Assembly (NCBI GenBank): GCA_012295275.1
Contig: CM022669.1
Span: 3,968,001 to 4,032,000, forward strand
Direction of reading: 5' to 3'
DNA: 64,000 nucleotides
DNA from: Chrysomallon squamiferum
Taxonomy: Eukaryota > Animalia > Mollusca
In this document: in pieces, positions 29,000 to 44,588 of the stretch
Layout of the letters: every line of letters begins with the position of its first letter
How positions within the stretch are numbered: position 1 is the stretch's first letter
Position numbers and translations under genes: made by a program
The notes under the pieces: generated by a model
What the model saw: the letters and a program-made list of their open reading frames with translations, nothing else
What the model was told of the DNA's origin: nothing
Database searches by the model: none

Positions 29000-31900
29000 T
29001 TTTACTTTTTGTTTTCTTCTTTTGGACGTTTAAATAAATGTTGAAACAAACAATAATTATAGCAACATCTTAATACATTATTAACAATAACAGTCAGTGA
29101 ACAAGTGGTTGTGAAACTTGTTTTCTGTTACTCTGAGGTCAACTCTTAGGAATGAACAGCAAGGTCTCTTTTTCAAACACTATTCCATAAACAAAAATGC
29201 ATATACATTCATATGTGGATAAACTGAAATTGCACAGTAAGGGGCTGATCCTGGATTATACTGAACTTCAGGACAACACTATTCTTTGATCGAACTACTA
29301 AATTATTATAAATGTCAATATAATTTGGACAGCAAAATATTAAATACAAACCAAACCTTTCAGCTAATATTTCCTTCACTGTGACAAATGGGGCTGGTTC
29401 AAATTTTGGTCTGATTTCCTAAAGGTTAAACAAATTTACTGTTAATAAAATACATTTAGATAAATCTTCAAATGAACAAAAATAAAAATAAAAATAAAAA
29501 TAACTTAATAATAAAATAATAATAATAATAATAATAATAAAATTCATGACAATTAAGTAATTAAAATATACATTATTATCAGTAACTGCAAAACTGCATG
29601 ATAAAGGAAGACCTGTGCCAGTTGTACAATAAGCTGCTTTTTTTTTTTTGATATCGGCAAAGGATCTTTTATATTCACATTATAACATATGACATATTCA
29701 AATAGTTTTCTGAGTAGACAGAAGAATGCAAAAAAGCCATTAGTTATCCCAAGCAAATAAATAAAGATTGGTTTCAAATTAGATTAACATTTTCTACATA
29801 CATTGCTATAGGTATTCAGCTAGCAAATAATTAAAGCTCAGAATAATTAGTCAAATTTTAAAAATAAAGTTGGTACAAATAACACAAAATATACAAAATG
29901 AGGAAACATACTTTAGAAAATTGTTTTAGAATGACTTTTTCAATATTAATATCTTCATCAGCTTCAAAACACATCCTGGCTTTGGAAAATTCAACAGCTT
30001 TCTTTAACTTTGCTTCATAAAAGTTTGTAGCTTTAAACACAGGCTTGTTTGTCTCGGCTCTAAGTCTGTAAAATGTCTCTGTTTCCAAGGAATCGTACCA
30101 TCTGACAGATTTGCCTGAGAAAACCAAAACTACTGGTTTAAACTTGTGTTCAGTCCTGACATCACACACAGAATTCTTTCCACCATCATCTGATATTCTC
30201 TGAGGGATTTTTGGATTGAAAGGTTCACAATCTGACGTTCTGTTTGAGTTTTCAGTACTTGGTAATTCTTTTGCCATTTCTGAATTGTATGGCTCATTAG
30301 CTGATATTCTGCTTTTGGTTTCACAACTGGATGGTTCATCAAGTGATATTCTTCTTTTGGTTTCAGATCTAGATGGCTCATTAGCTGATATTCTGTTTTT
30401 GATTTCTGAACCAGCTAAATCACAACCATGTGTAATTATTTTGACTTTTTCTTGCCTTAAAAAAGATTCCGTTAGTTCAGACTCATCGACAAAATAACCA
30501 AGAAGAGAGAATCCCAGTGACACACCAGAACTGAAAGATTTAACCATCAGAGATTCTAAATGAGTGACATACACCAGCTGAGAGTTTCTTTCAGAGAACT
30601 CCTTACCACTCACACCCAAACCTTCACCATCATCAGTCTTTAACAAGTTTGGAGAAAGTTTAGTTTTGACATTACTTTTCACTGGAGTAGCAAGAACAGT
30701 ACAGTCGGTCAAACACAGCTGTAAATATATCACATAATTTGACTGAGGCGTCGATACTTCAACCCTGCCTAACTGTGTCTCTGGTTCACACACAGCACCA
30801 CTGTACTCAGATACAATTTTTTCAGTTATGATTTCACCTTTATTTACACCTACAAAACATTTATTCAGTCCTGGCTGAGCTCTAGGACATGCTATAGGTT
30901 TTCCAGGTGAGATCTGAAGACAAGATTCGTCACAGGTGTGTTTGTGAGACACCTGAGGACACACAACTATGTCCATTCTTCCTGTGTCATCTGACAGGGT
31001 GAGATGTCCAGAGTCAGGAGAAAACTCAAATAATCCAACAAGAATCTGAAAAAAAAAAGAATGTAATGTTATTTTAAATGGTGAATGATAAATTCAACAC
31101 AATGATATGTGAATGTGTGCATAAATGATTGCACGAGAACATCTCAGATATTAATTATATAACCTATGTTTTGTGATAAAAACTTTAAAAAATACTTCGA
31201 AGTTCAAAAGTAGGTATATATTATTTATCAATTTTATAATCTATGTTTTGTGATAAAAAAAATAAAAAAATACTTCAGAAGTTCAAAAGTAGGTATATAC
31301 TATATACCCTGTGATAGAGACTGTAATAGTGAAACTTCTGGAACTTGTAAAGTAGGAACATACTGCATCCCATATTCTGATTTATGCAAACTTTAATACA
31401 GCAATTCCTTACCTGTTGAGGATTCTTCCCAATGACCTGAGGGAGATAACCCCAGCTATGCTGTTTACTGTAGGTGTGTTCAGAAACTTCCTCAGAAGAG
31501 TACATACTATTTAGGGTATCAGGGTTTGTTTCCAAACTTTTAGCTGAATGTATCAACTTTCTGATTTGTTGCAGCATGGGTATTCTTCTACTGGATGACT
31601 GGAATACAGTGAAGAAAATAGTTTGTGTATTACAACATCCTGACATAATTTTAATACAGTATTTAATTGCTTTTAATAAATATTATTGTACATAGTTTTG
31701 ATTTATTGGTACCAAATCACTGGCTGCTGTGTGACTTACTTCCAAATCAAAGTAACCAAACTTCACTGTTTTATCATAATTATTATGATAATACTCAAAA
31801 ATTATAACCCCTTTCCTTTTAATTTAAAATCAATTTCTCCAAATAATTCCATGACTAATTTCATAATAAAACATTTCTCTTAAGCTAAATAATAATCTAT

Positions 31901-34900
31901 GTATTTAAAACAGAAATTATATTTGCTACATCTTCATCTTAACTAACAAAGTAAAATACCTCCAGTTCTGTTATGAGACAATGATGAGGAGCACTCAAAA
32001 ACTCAGCAACCAGATTTCGTGAAGTCGTTTTCTCCATGTAACAAAATGATGATATAATTTGGAACATCACATCTTCAGTTTGTCTGTTGTCCCTGCAGAT
32101 ATTCAGTTCTGATTTTGAAAATATCAACTGCATTTTTATAAGGAAATATCTTGCATAATTTAACGAGTAAAATAAAAATTTTAAACCTACTGTATGAATT
32201 TTCATTTTAAAAATAGTACTGCAGTAATAAAAGTGCATTAATTTAAATTAAGTAAAATTTTATGAAAAAGATGGACTGATTTTATGTTGGAGGTAGATCT
32301 TACACAGCTACATGGTATCTGAAACCAAACATGTATATCACAATACTAATTATATTAGCTGTAACTTATAAACATAAAATCCAAATAGGATTTTACTGGT
32401 GAGTTCTTTTTAACTGCCATGCTAAAATAACAGAAAAATGAATAGAATATACTACTTCAGTTGTATGTGATCTTAAGATCAATATTAATATTTATACCTT
32501 TAGTGGTATGAACTAAAATTAATGGTCTAAATGCATGTATAGTTTTGTCTATGAAACAATATTATTAAATAAAACAACTGCAAAGATGAGAAATGGAAAT
32601 ATTCAGTAAAAATCATTGCTATTCTTTATTGTTAGAAAAGACTGGTTGTTACTCATAGAAGAAAACACTGAAAGTATTCTTTAAAAAAGTATTTAAACTG
32701 TTTGTACCTATAAAAAACATACTTTGAATGATCTGTTTATCAGTAATGTAAAATGTAAACTAAGAATGAATTCTGTTAAGATATTTAAGCAATACTAGTT
32801 ACTAAAATTCCAGACATACTTAGTTTTGTTGTTAATTCTTTGAATCATGTTTAGTAGACTGTTAATCTCACTGCTATTCAGACCATACTTCACAATAATC
32901 TGTACTACTGGACTACTTGGTGAAAACTGAGATACCTGCAGTGAAATAGAAACTAGGTGTAAAAATTCAAGAAAAAAGGCTCTATGATTATCTTATATTA
33001 TCAAGTATTTTTCCCTGGTTTTTGTATTTTTTCACTGCAATGTTTAGATTTGCTATAGAGAACTATTACTAAATGTAAGGATTATAATAAATTTACATCA
33101 TTATAAAAGGGTGTTTTTTTTGTTTATTTGTTGTTTAGTTTGTACAAATCATGCTATGAAGATCTTGCAGATTGAATTCATCAAGATGAACCAAAAATTA
33201 AAGAAATACATCAAGTAATTTCAATGCATTTACAAGACTATTTTTAGTTCCAACAAGCAAACAATGATTATGTATCAAAGGCCATAGAGGTTAGTTTTTT
33301 CTTTTTCTCTTCTGTGGAAATATATTTATAAAACACCTTTTGTCTTGATGATAAACACTGACCATATATTTGTGTCAGTATTTGTTCTGAATAGTCAGTA
33401 TGAATTATAATTAATATTATAAATTTGCTGCTGACACGTTAAATACCTTTGTGAAACTGGATGCTGGATCTGTGCACTCTTTAACAACTTTTATGCATGA
33501 TTTTATACAGCACTGAAGATGAATTTGGCTTTCCTGAAAAGATTAAGAAAGTAATGAATTCTAATATAGTAATTAGGAAGAAATATATATTTATATAAAA
33601 TGTTATATTTTCTATACCAAATATTAGAGATAGAATGAATTCCTAAATTATTCATGTAACTACTTCTGGAAACAGAAATGTAAAACCAGAATAGCAGGTC
33701 AGATTAAGAAATATTCTTACTATAAAATGAAGATAAAATGAAAAAATATCAGCTGTCATCCATTTTTATGAGATTATTATTTCATGTGCTTATTCTTTAT
33801 TAGTTGAAAATATTATTTATTAAAAAAATACTGTCTGAAATAATTCATGTAGTGAAATTTAATTTATACATTTAAGACAGTATCTATGGCCCTAATGTAA
33901 AATATATTGTCATTGTTCTTTTGAAATGTTTATTTTTACCTTTGAAGAGTCTTCTTGGTGTGCATTATAGACTGTAATCTGAGTTCCAACTTTTAAAAAA
34001 TTAAACTTGTGACTAGCAGGAACTGAACTCACATGCAATCTAAGAACATTTAAAGATTATTATTATTATTATTTGTTTTTAAACTAAGAATCATCATACA
34101 TCAAGCTCTCTACTAACTGAAAATATTTATTAATTAAGACTTTCTGATGTAGAATCAAAATATATCTACTTCTCTACAATTTACTGATAACATAATTTAT
34201 TATAAGTGGTAAAATGAATACTGAATTATCAACTATAAAAAATCTGCAATAAGAGTCACTTTCAAATTTTTAATTATTATATTTTATTTCTTTTTTTAAT
34301 ATTTTGTAAAATATAGCTGAATTTAAATATTTATAAAGACTTATTCAATTCAAAAACCATTTTTCAAAACACAACACCACAAACACAAATAAACCAATGA
34401 AATATTAGTACATAAAATATATTTGGACTAGAAAATATTTAGAAAATTATACCCTATTTATAAATATAAAAATTACTTTTATTTATGTTTTGTTCATAAA
34501 ACCAATTACCTGATCTTCTTATCCAGTTCATAGATACCATATCTTGAATTAGCTGTACTAGTAACTGTTCCCTGCAAAAAAATAAAAAAACTTTTTTCTG
34601 AACGTTTTTTTTTTTATTCATCCCTATGGCTCCTGATTAAAATCAGTTCTAATATCGTTAAAAAAACATTTAATAAAGTTATAATCCAGAACTGGAGGTT
34701 TTTTTTTTTTTAGGATTTAGCACAAATAATAAGATATTATAAGTATGGAAATGTTCAATAAAAATATAAACCACAGAACAAATTAAAACTCAAATTAGAG
34801 GGTTTTTTTATTATGAATGCAAATTAGATGTGTACAAACATTAAAAGAATATGTTTGGATGTGAAGTCTCACAATTTGACAGTTTTCGGGTGTTTATAGA

Positions 34901-37110
34901 TTTAATAAAATATTACTAATGATAAAACAGAATAATCTTTTTCATAAAATAATTTATTAATCTTATCACAAAAATTAAACATTACTAGCAATAAACAGAC
35001 TTACATCATGTGAAAAGGAAAGAAACATGACTTATTAAACAACCGTCATAAATTGATAAATTGGTAAGATCATGTTTCATACCTGATAAGAAACCAGTTG
35101 AATTCCATTCTCTGCTGTTTTTAATTTGGTCTCAATGCTTCCTTTGTCTTCAGTCTCTTGTCTCAAGTCAGTATACTTCATCAACCAATCCTAACAAATA
35201 AACATTATATCATTAGATAATAAAAACCATATTTTATTTTAATGAAAGTTACCAGCAACCATAAATATGATTCTGACAAATTTAAGATTGTTCATTTCTA
35301 AAAATAAACCAAATACATTTGGTAAGTAAACACATCAACAACAAAAATAAGAACAACAGTAATAACCATAATAATAATAAGACCAACAGTAATAACCATA
35401 ATAATAATAATAAGTTCAAGACTTTCTGTTTAACATGTATACAATAAATAAATAAAGAATACCTACATATTTTAAGGATTCAATTTCTAGTGTAAGGATT
35501 TAATTTCTTATAATTAACTGCTATATAAATATGTATATCTGTATCTGTCTTGTATTATGTAATTAATCATTCTCACCTGTACAGGTATGATATTACTGTT
35601 TACTTTCTCTGCATGATACAGTTCACTGTCAACCCAGGGAACAAACACCCGAGTTGGAACAGCTATACCCTGAAATAATTAAAATCTTTTCAATGTTTTC
35701 CAGTGTATCAATTTATAAAATGTCATTATTAAAAACTGAGATGAAATTAAAAATTATCAGCAGTATCTGTATCATTAAATTTATCGTAATGACAAAAAGA
35801 AAATAACAAATAAATAATCAAGATTAATAATAAAATAGCAATTCAGATTGATTAAACGTATTGTGTTTTGCATAGTTTGCTGACTATTGAAATGTTAAAG
35901 TAAAGTAAAGTGTTATACAAACTTTGTGCAGTGTGGTTGGTCGAAGTTTGGTAAACACAAATTTCTGCTGAGGGAAGATTTGAGGCTGCCACAGTAGAAA
36001 CTTTTCTTGCTGCAATAAATACAATACACTTAATTTACAAATCTGTCTCAGTGACATTTATGATATCTTCTTTTCTTAAATGTAGGTTTGTAAGCATTGT
36101 TGACCATAGATTTTGTGATAAGAGATAATAATATATCATGAACAAAAAAAACAAAAACATTTATATTTAATACTGCATTAACAAAAACAAGCTTTATAAA
36201 TTAATAATTGAAATAAGACTAATAAAAGTTTTCTAAAGAAATAAGATAATATTATAATGACAAAACAGTTTATTTTCAGTTCTGTTAAGAAAAAAACAAA
36301 AGAAAAAAGCAGTATTTGAAATAAAAGTAATCAGACACATAAAACTTAAATAAGGATAAACTAATACCATGACCACAATGAACACCTTCTCAAGTTCTAT
36401 AATGAAAAGTAGATTTTTCTTCACTCTGCAATCAAATAAACATTTTTAATAATTTTTTAAAGATTCAAAAAAAAATAATGAATAAATAAATAAATGAACC
36501 TTTCTTTTATTAATTGTGATAATGATAATACTTCTTTCAAAGACTTTTGTTCACTTCGCAATAAAATAAACATTTCAAACAAATTTTTAAATACATGAAA
36601 ATTAAAAAAGAAAATGAATGAATTTTTATTTTTTTATTTTATAACATCTGAATAATTGATGATTTCATAATTATGTATCAAAATTGTTCCTCAATAGTGA
36701 GATCTGATTCATTACACTTTTATGCATTAACAAGTTTATAAAAGGAATATGTTTAAAGTAAATTACAACTTACTTAAATACTTCACTGACTGTTGATACT
36801 TGTCCACATATGTTAACCAGGCTTCCAGGGAGAAGTCTGTCTCTGAAATATAAAAATAAAATTTAAAATAGAAGCTGTATATCTTTCATGTTTATCTTCA
36901 GCACAATTTCATGACTGATACATCCTTACAAACAGCCTACATTTCATTGTAAAAGTCTGTTTTGGAAGTTTTTTTCTACAATAAATCTCACATTAATGCA
37001 TGGAATCAGATTTATGTATAGACAGTAATATGAAGTAGTGAAATTTACTTGTAATGTAAGATCACTGCAGCATCATCACCAGACACCACATCTTCCACCA
37101 CACTTGTCAT
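25024..37110 (-). CDS. CTC1: CST complex subunit CTC1 (copy 2/other haplotype)
   Basis: Same exon structure as copy 1. The large exon 31045-29912 is 15 nt shorter (in-frame loss of NCVSL). ATG at 37110, stop at 25024-25026; no frameshift noticed. Confidence 0.88.
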
Positions 37111-37183
37111 GATGTTCTGTTAAAACACTTTCCTTCCATTATAGATTATCATTATGCACCAACTGAAAAGAAAGCAATCCTAA

Positions 37184-37236
<53 letters not shown>

Positions 37237-38227
37237 AAAAATAAGCTTAGAGTTAGGTAAAGTATAATATCGTTTCAGCAGAATAAAATGTATTTATTGT
37301 GTAATTAACTATGTTGATAATAAATTCCATTGAGCTAATTTTGAAATTAAAATTAATTCATAGTGTGAAATACTGTGTACAGTTGCTGAAGTAATCATAA
37401 TGACAAGATTTCTTTCACTGATTTATTGAAAAGCATAAAAAAAAAAAAAAAATTACGAAATTAAAACAAAATTTCTGCAACAAGATTTTTATTTAGGAAC
37501 AGTTCATTCATGACTTAGAAAAAATAAATGTTGAAGAACAATAAGGATATTAATTAATTATCTAAAATATAATTTATGCCAACGGAAAAATACACCATAT
37601 AAATCATAATTAATGACTAAATTTAAATCAATAATTCATTAATTGTAAAATAAAAATATGATGAATAAACGTTAGTTAAACTTAAGGTTTAACTTTAAGC
37701 GATTTAAAGACTAAAGCTGCTAGCTACGAAATGAGGTAAAGAAAAAAATAACGTAATTCAGAATAAACCCGTAAAGCTTTGTCGTATAATTCAGCTGTAT
37801 ATATCAATTAATTATACAATATACATTTACAACACTGTACCTTTTATGCCTGTCAAACTTCGCTTTTGGCGCGCACTGTTTGTCAACAAACTAATCGAAA
37901 ATAAATATAAAAAGGGACAAAAATGACATGTTTGACAAGTAACATAGCCTGCCAAGTATCGGTTAGTCGAACCTTTGATTTCTTAATCTTTTATATGTAG
38001 GATTTTGTTTAATTTTATTATTATTTTATTTTCTTCTTCTTCACAAAATGAAATAGTGATAGTGCATGAAAACATTTATTTATGTATTTACTTACTATCT
38101 TACTTAATTATATTTGAAAACAAATTTACGCCTCAAGTTAGTTCCGACTTTACTACACTTTAAATGAAAGTTTAAGTTTAATATTCTTATAATTTATTAT
38201 TATTAGTAGTAGTAGTAGTAGTAGTAA

Positions 38228-38325
<98 letters not shown>

Positions 38326-38627
38326 ATGGTTACAAAATTGACAGGTACCAGTCTTTGCTGCTTAATGCGAAATCCTTAAACTGATCTTAATGCCGTATTC
38401 TTAAAAGTGTTTTTTTTTTTTTTTATTTTATTTACAGACACAGAACTACAAACATGGTGAGATTTAGAACATAAACTGGAATTGTATTAGTTTATATAAT
38501 TTTATCTATTTGTGTGAATCATTTATTAAAAGATAAATTTAATAAAATCCTTTGTTTAGTCGTAGTATTAAATGACGTGAACTTGTAGTAATATGTTTGT
38601 TAAAATATGACGTAACTGATAACTGAT

Positions 38628-38676
<49 letters not shown>

Positions 38677-38912
38677 TAACAATGAATTAATACCACTGGC
38701 AATCAAAGATGTAATAATAATAACAATAACAACATCGACAATAAACAATTTTATTTTAATCAGTGTCTAAGTATAATTAGCTTTATCAATAAACTTAAAT
38801 TATTTTGGTCAAAATGTCAACATTTGTATAAGTAAGAATGTTTACATATGTAGGGCATTTCCTGCCTTTAGTTTTCAGCCTCCATACCGTAATACTGGTT
38901 CAATAGAAATAA

Positions 38913-38957
<45 letters not shown>

Positions 38958-39084
38958 TTAAAATAACATATCGCATAATGAAACGTAAACAGAGACACAA
39001 ATATATGTATTGGCATTTATACACTGACACTCGTACTTTCATAGATATAATTCTTTTTTCACACATAAATGCAGATATACATGC

Positions 39085-39174
<90 letters not shown>

Positions 39175-39267
39175 CCTCCCCCTCCCTCCCTCCCTCTTTG
39201 TATGTGTGACTGTCTGTGTTTATGTGTCTGTATCATACGTACAGATATTTAAAAAAAGGAAACTTCT

Positions 39268-39537
39268 TCAATTATAGTGTTCAGCAAATGAACCACGAAC
39301 AAACTGTCTTTGGGCAGCTGTGAGTTTCATTACTGGTCTTTTGTGCAGACATTTTGTAAACAGTACATTTTTCTCCTGTTTTCGTTTCTTAGCAGTGGAG
39401 ATGCGGAATATGTGGCTTTGTTCATTTTCTTCACACAGAAGATTAAATCTCTCCCTGTAGTCTTCATTTATAGAACTTAAAATAAATAAATAATAAAACA
39501 GTATTATAATAACATTTATTACCAGTATTAAGATAAC

Positions 39538-39628
<91 letters not shown>

Positions 39629-39716
39629 TGTAAATGTAAAATGGAAGAAAGCAATATAAATCCGTTTTGTTTATTACTACTACTCCTGCTGCTTCAACTA
39701 CTATTACTATTGTTAC

Positions 39717-39770
<54 letters not shown>

Positions 39771-40105
39771 GATTATTATTATTATAATTTTTTCATTTTC
39801 TTCCATTTTTTTACTTTTTTATTTTTTATTATTTTTTATTTTTTTTTTAGTATTTACAAACTATATACTGAATTACTTTCATCTGTCAGGTTTATCATGG
39901 TAGCAAAGTATATATGAGTTGTTGTAAGTACGTACTTGTTTAGTTTCTCGTACAGACACGCTGTTAACGGGAGAACGCTGGAAGCAGCCGTGTCCAGCAC
40001 ATCCCGGGGGACAGGTCGCCTCGCCCACACGTTCTGATCTTCTCGCAACAGTTGCTGAAGATATTTATTTATTTATTTATTTATTTATTTATTATTTATA
40101 TTATT

Positions 40106-40141
<36 letters not shown>

Positions 40142-40181
40142 TGTCATTATTAAATTAAATCCATTTATACGTGATTATAAA

Positions 40182-40233
<52 letters not shown>

Positions 40234-41811
40234 AATAAACAGTAGATGATCTGATGTTTTTACCTGTAGTTGGGGTGTAGGTTCGTGCAGCTGTATGCCA
40301 AATATTGAGCAAAGATTAAAGAAACTTATCATCCGGGGAGGTAATCCCTGCTGCTCTAATATCACGCTATACGCAGTCTTGTAAAAATAAATAATAAACA
40401 ATCATCATAAAATAAAGATGAAGATACTAAACTTTTAGAAATAATAAATAATTATCATAAAATAAAGATGACGATTTTAGACTTTTAGAATATTTAGAAA
40501 ATATAGAAAATTATCAAATTATCTATCTGTCTGTCTGTCTATTGCATAAGAAATAACAGAGGCTTCATATTAAGTAGAAAGTAATTACAAAATAATAAAG
40601 GGTATCAAAATAAGTATTATTATTGTTGTTGTTATTGTTGTTATTTTACCTGCGTATCAAAACAGTTCCTCAGTTTCACGCCAAATTCAAAATGTAGCGC
40701 TGCAGAGACTGGTCCACAGTCGTGAATAACCTGAAATAAATAAATAAATAAATAAGAAAAGAAAATGGATATATTTTTGTACAGTACACAAAACACAAGA
40801 ATGATCGCAGTGCACATGCATGCATATACATAAATAATATTGTTGCCAGGTTCAAATAGTAAATTAATTTTAAAGTAGAGATACGGATTATAGGGAACAG
40901 GGAAGGAAATAAGTAGTAGTAATTTTATTTTATTTTATTTCATTCTTTCATTCATTCATTCATATTTTGAGTTTAGTTTTGTTCTCGATTTTATTTTATT
41001 TCATTATTTCATTCATTCATTCCTTTATTTCTTCATTCATTCATTTCTTGAGTTTAGTTTTGTTCTCGATTAATTCACCTTCAGCACGTCTGTGGACTGT
41101 AAAAGACGAATCAGGCCACCGTCAAGGACGATGTTGCGATCTCGTCTGACATCAAAGGCGTGCACGCCATCTGAAGCTGAAACCACGACAAGGTGGATGG
41201 AACCTCCTGGTACAACGAAAAAACAAATTATTCATCATGTTTCCCTGTCTTGAGCAAACATCTCTGGACAGGTAACGTTTGTGCCCATCAGGATATGCTT
41301 AGAATAATCTTATGAAAGAAGAATTGCTTAAATCATAACATACATAATAATATTGATTTTGTTTCTTAATATAAATTATATGATGGCGAACATTAGTGTA
41401 AGTGTGCGGATTTCGTATACAAATAATAATTTAAGTATGTTACTTAATTTCAAAAGGTTATATTTAATCAATAAAAAAAAACCAAAAACCCAGATGATGA
41501 TGATGATAATGATGGAAGCTAATAATAAAAAAAATAAGAAGAATTATTATTATTATTTAATAATCCGCAAGGCACCTGCTATATTAACATTCGAATAACA
41601 ATTATAAAATATGTATAGACGTATAAAACTGACCGGTAAACCAGCCAGCTACATTAATGGGAGAAACAACTGCGGTTGTGCCACTGTATTTACCTTTACT
41701 TCCTATCTCAGCTCCTTTGACGCTGACTCCGATGACAGGAGATGTCTGAAGAATTTTCTTAACTGTTTTCTCCGATGCTGATATGGAAGACACCAAATGT
41801 GTTCTGGGCAT
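39268..41811 (-). CDS. Egalitarian/EXD1-family exonuclease-like protein (copy 2)
   Basis: Same six exons as copy 1 with few substitutions; last exon visible in ORF 39268..39654 (SINEDYRERFNLLCEE...FAEHYN). Confidence 0.83.
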
Positions 41812-42763
41812 GACTGAATAATATATTACTTTCATCTTTATTATTATTTAACGAAAATTCTTTTTAACTTTTTCAAAATTAAATAATACTAATAACAACA
41901 ACAACAACAACAACTGCTACTACAATAAATAAATAAATAAATAATAAAAAAACGGTTATCGTTTTATCATAAAGTTTCTATGCATCAAGTTGGAGTATGA
42001 TCGTTCAAAGTGTTTCATCAGGTTTTCATTAAACAGTACGAGTCCATAAATGTTTGCTCTTGCGGAAAAGAACTGTAAACTAGTTTACAGTCATGTCACG
42101 AAAAAAAGAAACATATCTTTCGATAATGTCTGTTTACTATGGATCAGTGATTTCTAAATATATCTAACCTGTAATAAAAATTAAGTATATCCTTTGTCAG
42201 TCGATTAAGTCGTCTAAAATATTTCCGAAGCGTCGTCCGGTTGTCATGGGGCTGGTCACCTCTACAGCTGTTGTCGCAAAAGAGTGCAGCAAGGGGAATA
42301 ACAAAGGTATCGATTTGCAAACGGATTATTACGGGGATATCTTTCAGCAAAACATTTTTCAGTAGCAACAATATTCACACTGTTACACTTCTTGTGACGT
42401 TTCTGCTAAACTATGAGAATTGTGTTAGTGACTTTCCTTTAGAGAAGTGATCCGATTTCCAGAACACAGTTTAAGAATAGAAACAGAAAAGTTAGACAGT
42501 CTATTTTACCTGTATTCTAATCTGTCTTAGCATACGGTTACTACTACTACCGTTTATACGCTGTGGCGTCATATCATTGTTGACGTCATATTGCTGTTAA
42601 CGCATTTACTGATGAAATTGAAGTGTGCAAACCAATAAGCAGTAAAAAGGCAAAATCAATGAAATTTCGGGATAAATGCATATATTTTATTGTCAAACTG
42701 TCAAGCTGGAAATATTATTATTGTTTTAAATCTTCTCCTTTACACAACCGGCACATCATAATG

Positions 42764-42805
<42 letters not shown>

Positions 42806-43256
42806 TATTCGTTATTTAATTTAATTTAATTTAATTTATTTATTTATTATTAATAGTAGGTGTTGTTGTAGTAGTTATAGTAGCAGTAGTTATTGTTATA
42901 GTAATAGTGGTAAAATATTTTATATTTTCGGAATAACAATAGACGGACTACAACTACTAACAACAACAACAACAACAATAACAGTAGTAGTAGTAGTAGT
43001 AGTAATTTTTTTTTATCATAAGTACTATAAGAGTAGTTTAAAACGGAGGTATTGTATGATAGCAATATCTTCAACGGCAAGTGTAATATAAAATGCAGGT
43101 GTTTAGGCCTATTTTAGTTTTTTTTTTAAAACTAGTCTATAATGTTTCTGCGAATGTTGTAACTGCTTGGGAAGAGCAGAGAAATAGTTATACATTTTTA
43201 AAAGATCCTACAATTTCATGGCGCACCACACTGGTAAAAACGAGAGAGAAATTAAA

Positions 43257-43615
43257 ATGGCGTCTGGCCCAGTCCGCGCTGCTGGTTTTATTATTTATAG
43301 ACATTTAAAGGGAGATATCCAGTATTTGCTTCTACAAACGTCGTCAATATCACTGGACTCCACCAAAAGGTTAAAAACATGTATTTATATACCTCTCTGT
43401 AAATTATGTGCCAGTTTTTGTATGTAAATATAAAACCGCGACGATGACACATTTTTGGAGGTATAAATAGTGATCTAGGTCAAATCGTACCATATTTGTT
43501 TAGCCATATAGACATTTCGTCCCATATAATTTTCACATTGCAGACTTGAGTGTCATGTCAAATTAAATAAATCTTTAATAGATAATATTGTGAATATCAT
43601 TATTTCATTTTTTTA

Positions 43616-43670
<55 letters not shown>

Positions 43671-44001
43671 TATATATAGCTCAGAAATAATATAATAGTT
43701 TGGGAAATGATAAAACAATTTATTTTATTTATAAAAGAAAAAAAAGAAAAAAAAGAAAAAAGAACAAAACGCAAACAAACAAATGACTATTATTATTATT
43801 GATCATTCATTATTATTAATTTTGATTATTTTATAATTGTTGATATTATTGAATTATTCATTGTTGTTGTTATTACTGAATCATTCATTAAATGTATTAT
43901 CATTGTCTGATTGTTATTACTGTGAATATTTTATCATTGTTATTGTTGTTGTCATTATCAGCATTATCATCATCAACATCATCATCATCATCATCATCAT
44001 C

Positions 44002-44051
<50 letters not shown>

Positions 44052-44372
44052 CCAGGTCATGTTGATCCTGGAGAAGATGAGTACCAAACTGCAGTACGGG
44101 AAACAGAAGAGGAAGCTGGGTTGAAGGCAGATGACCTCAGAGTACACAGAGAGTTTGAAAACACACTCAACTACCAAGTGAAAGGCTCACCAAAGACCGT
44201 GGTGTACTGGCTGGCTGAGATAAAAGACTCTCAGAAACCTGTAACTCTCTCAGATGAGCACAGCAACTACAAATGGGTGGCATTACAGGATGCTTGTGCA
44301 CTTGCTAAATACAAAGACTTGCAACAGCTGTTGAAACAAGCTGAAGATTTTCTCAGAAACTCACAGAAGTAA
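43257..44372 (+). pseudogene. NUDT2: NUDT2 copy 2, frameshifted (null allele or pseudogene)
   Basis: Exon 1 (43257-43369) is 113 nt vs 118 nt in copy 1: tcg[tatgg]tcaa deletion at ~43343, upstream of the Nudix box. Exon 2 (44056-44372) is open. Confidence 0.8.
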
Positions 44373-44588
44373 CTGTTCTGTAGCTTTTCTTCCTTGTGCC
44401 AGTTGGGAAGAATTTCTAGTCGTTTGTTGACTGCAGTTAAAGATGGGCTCCTTTTTGTTGTTGTTGTTTTTATTTTACAAGATCAGGAAAGATGGGCTCC
44501 TCAAGATCAGGAGCCTGGTACTGCACATGCCTGGTGAGTCATCACAAGCCAAACACCAATCATGACATTATTGTCTTGATATACATTA

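Larger units (their letters stand above)
23433..44480 (+). repeat. Copy 2 of the duplicated block
   Basis: Collinear near-identity to 1-20984. Confidence 0.97.
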
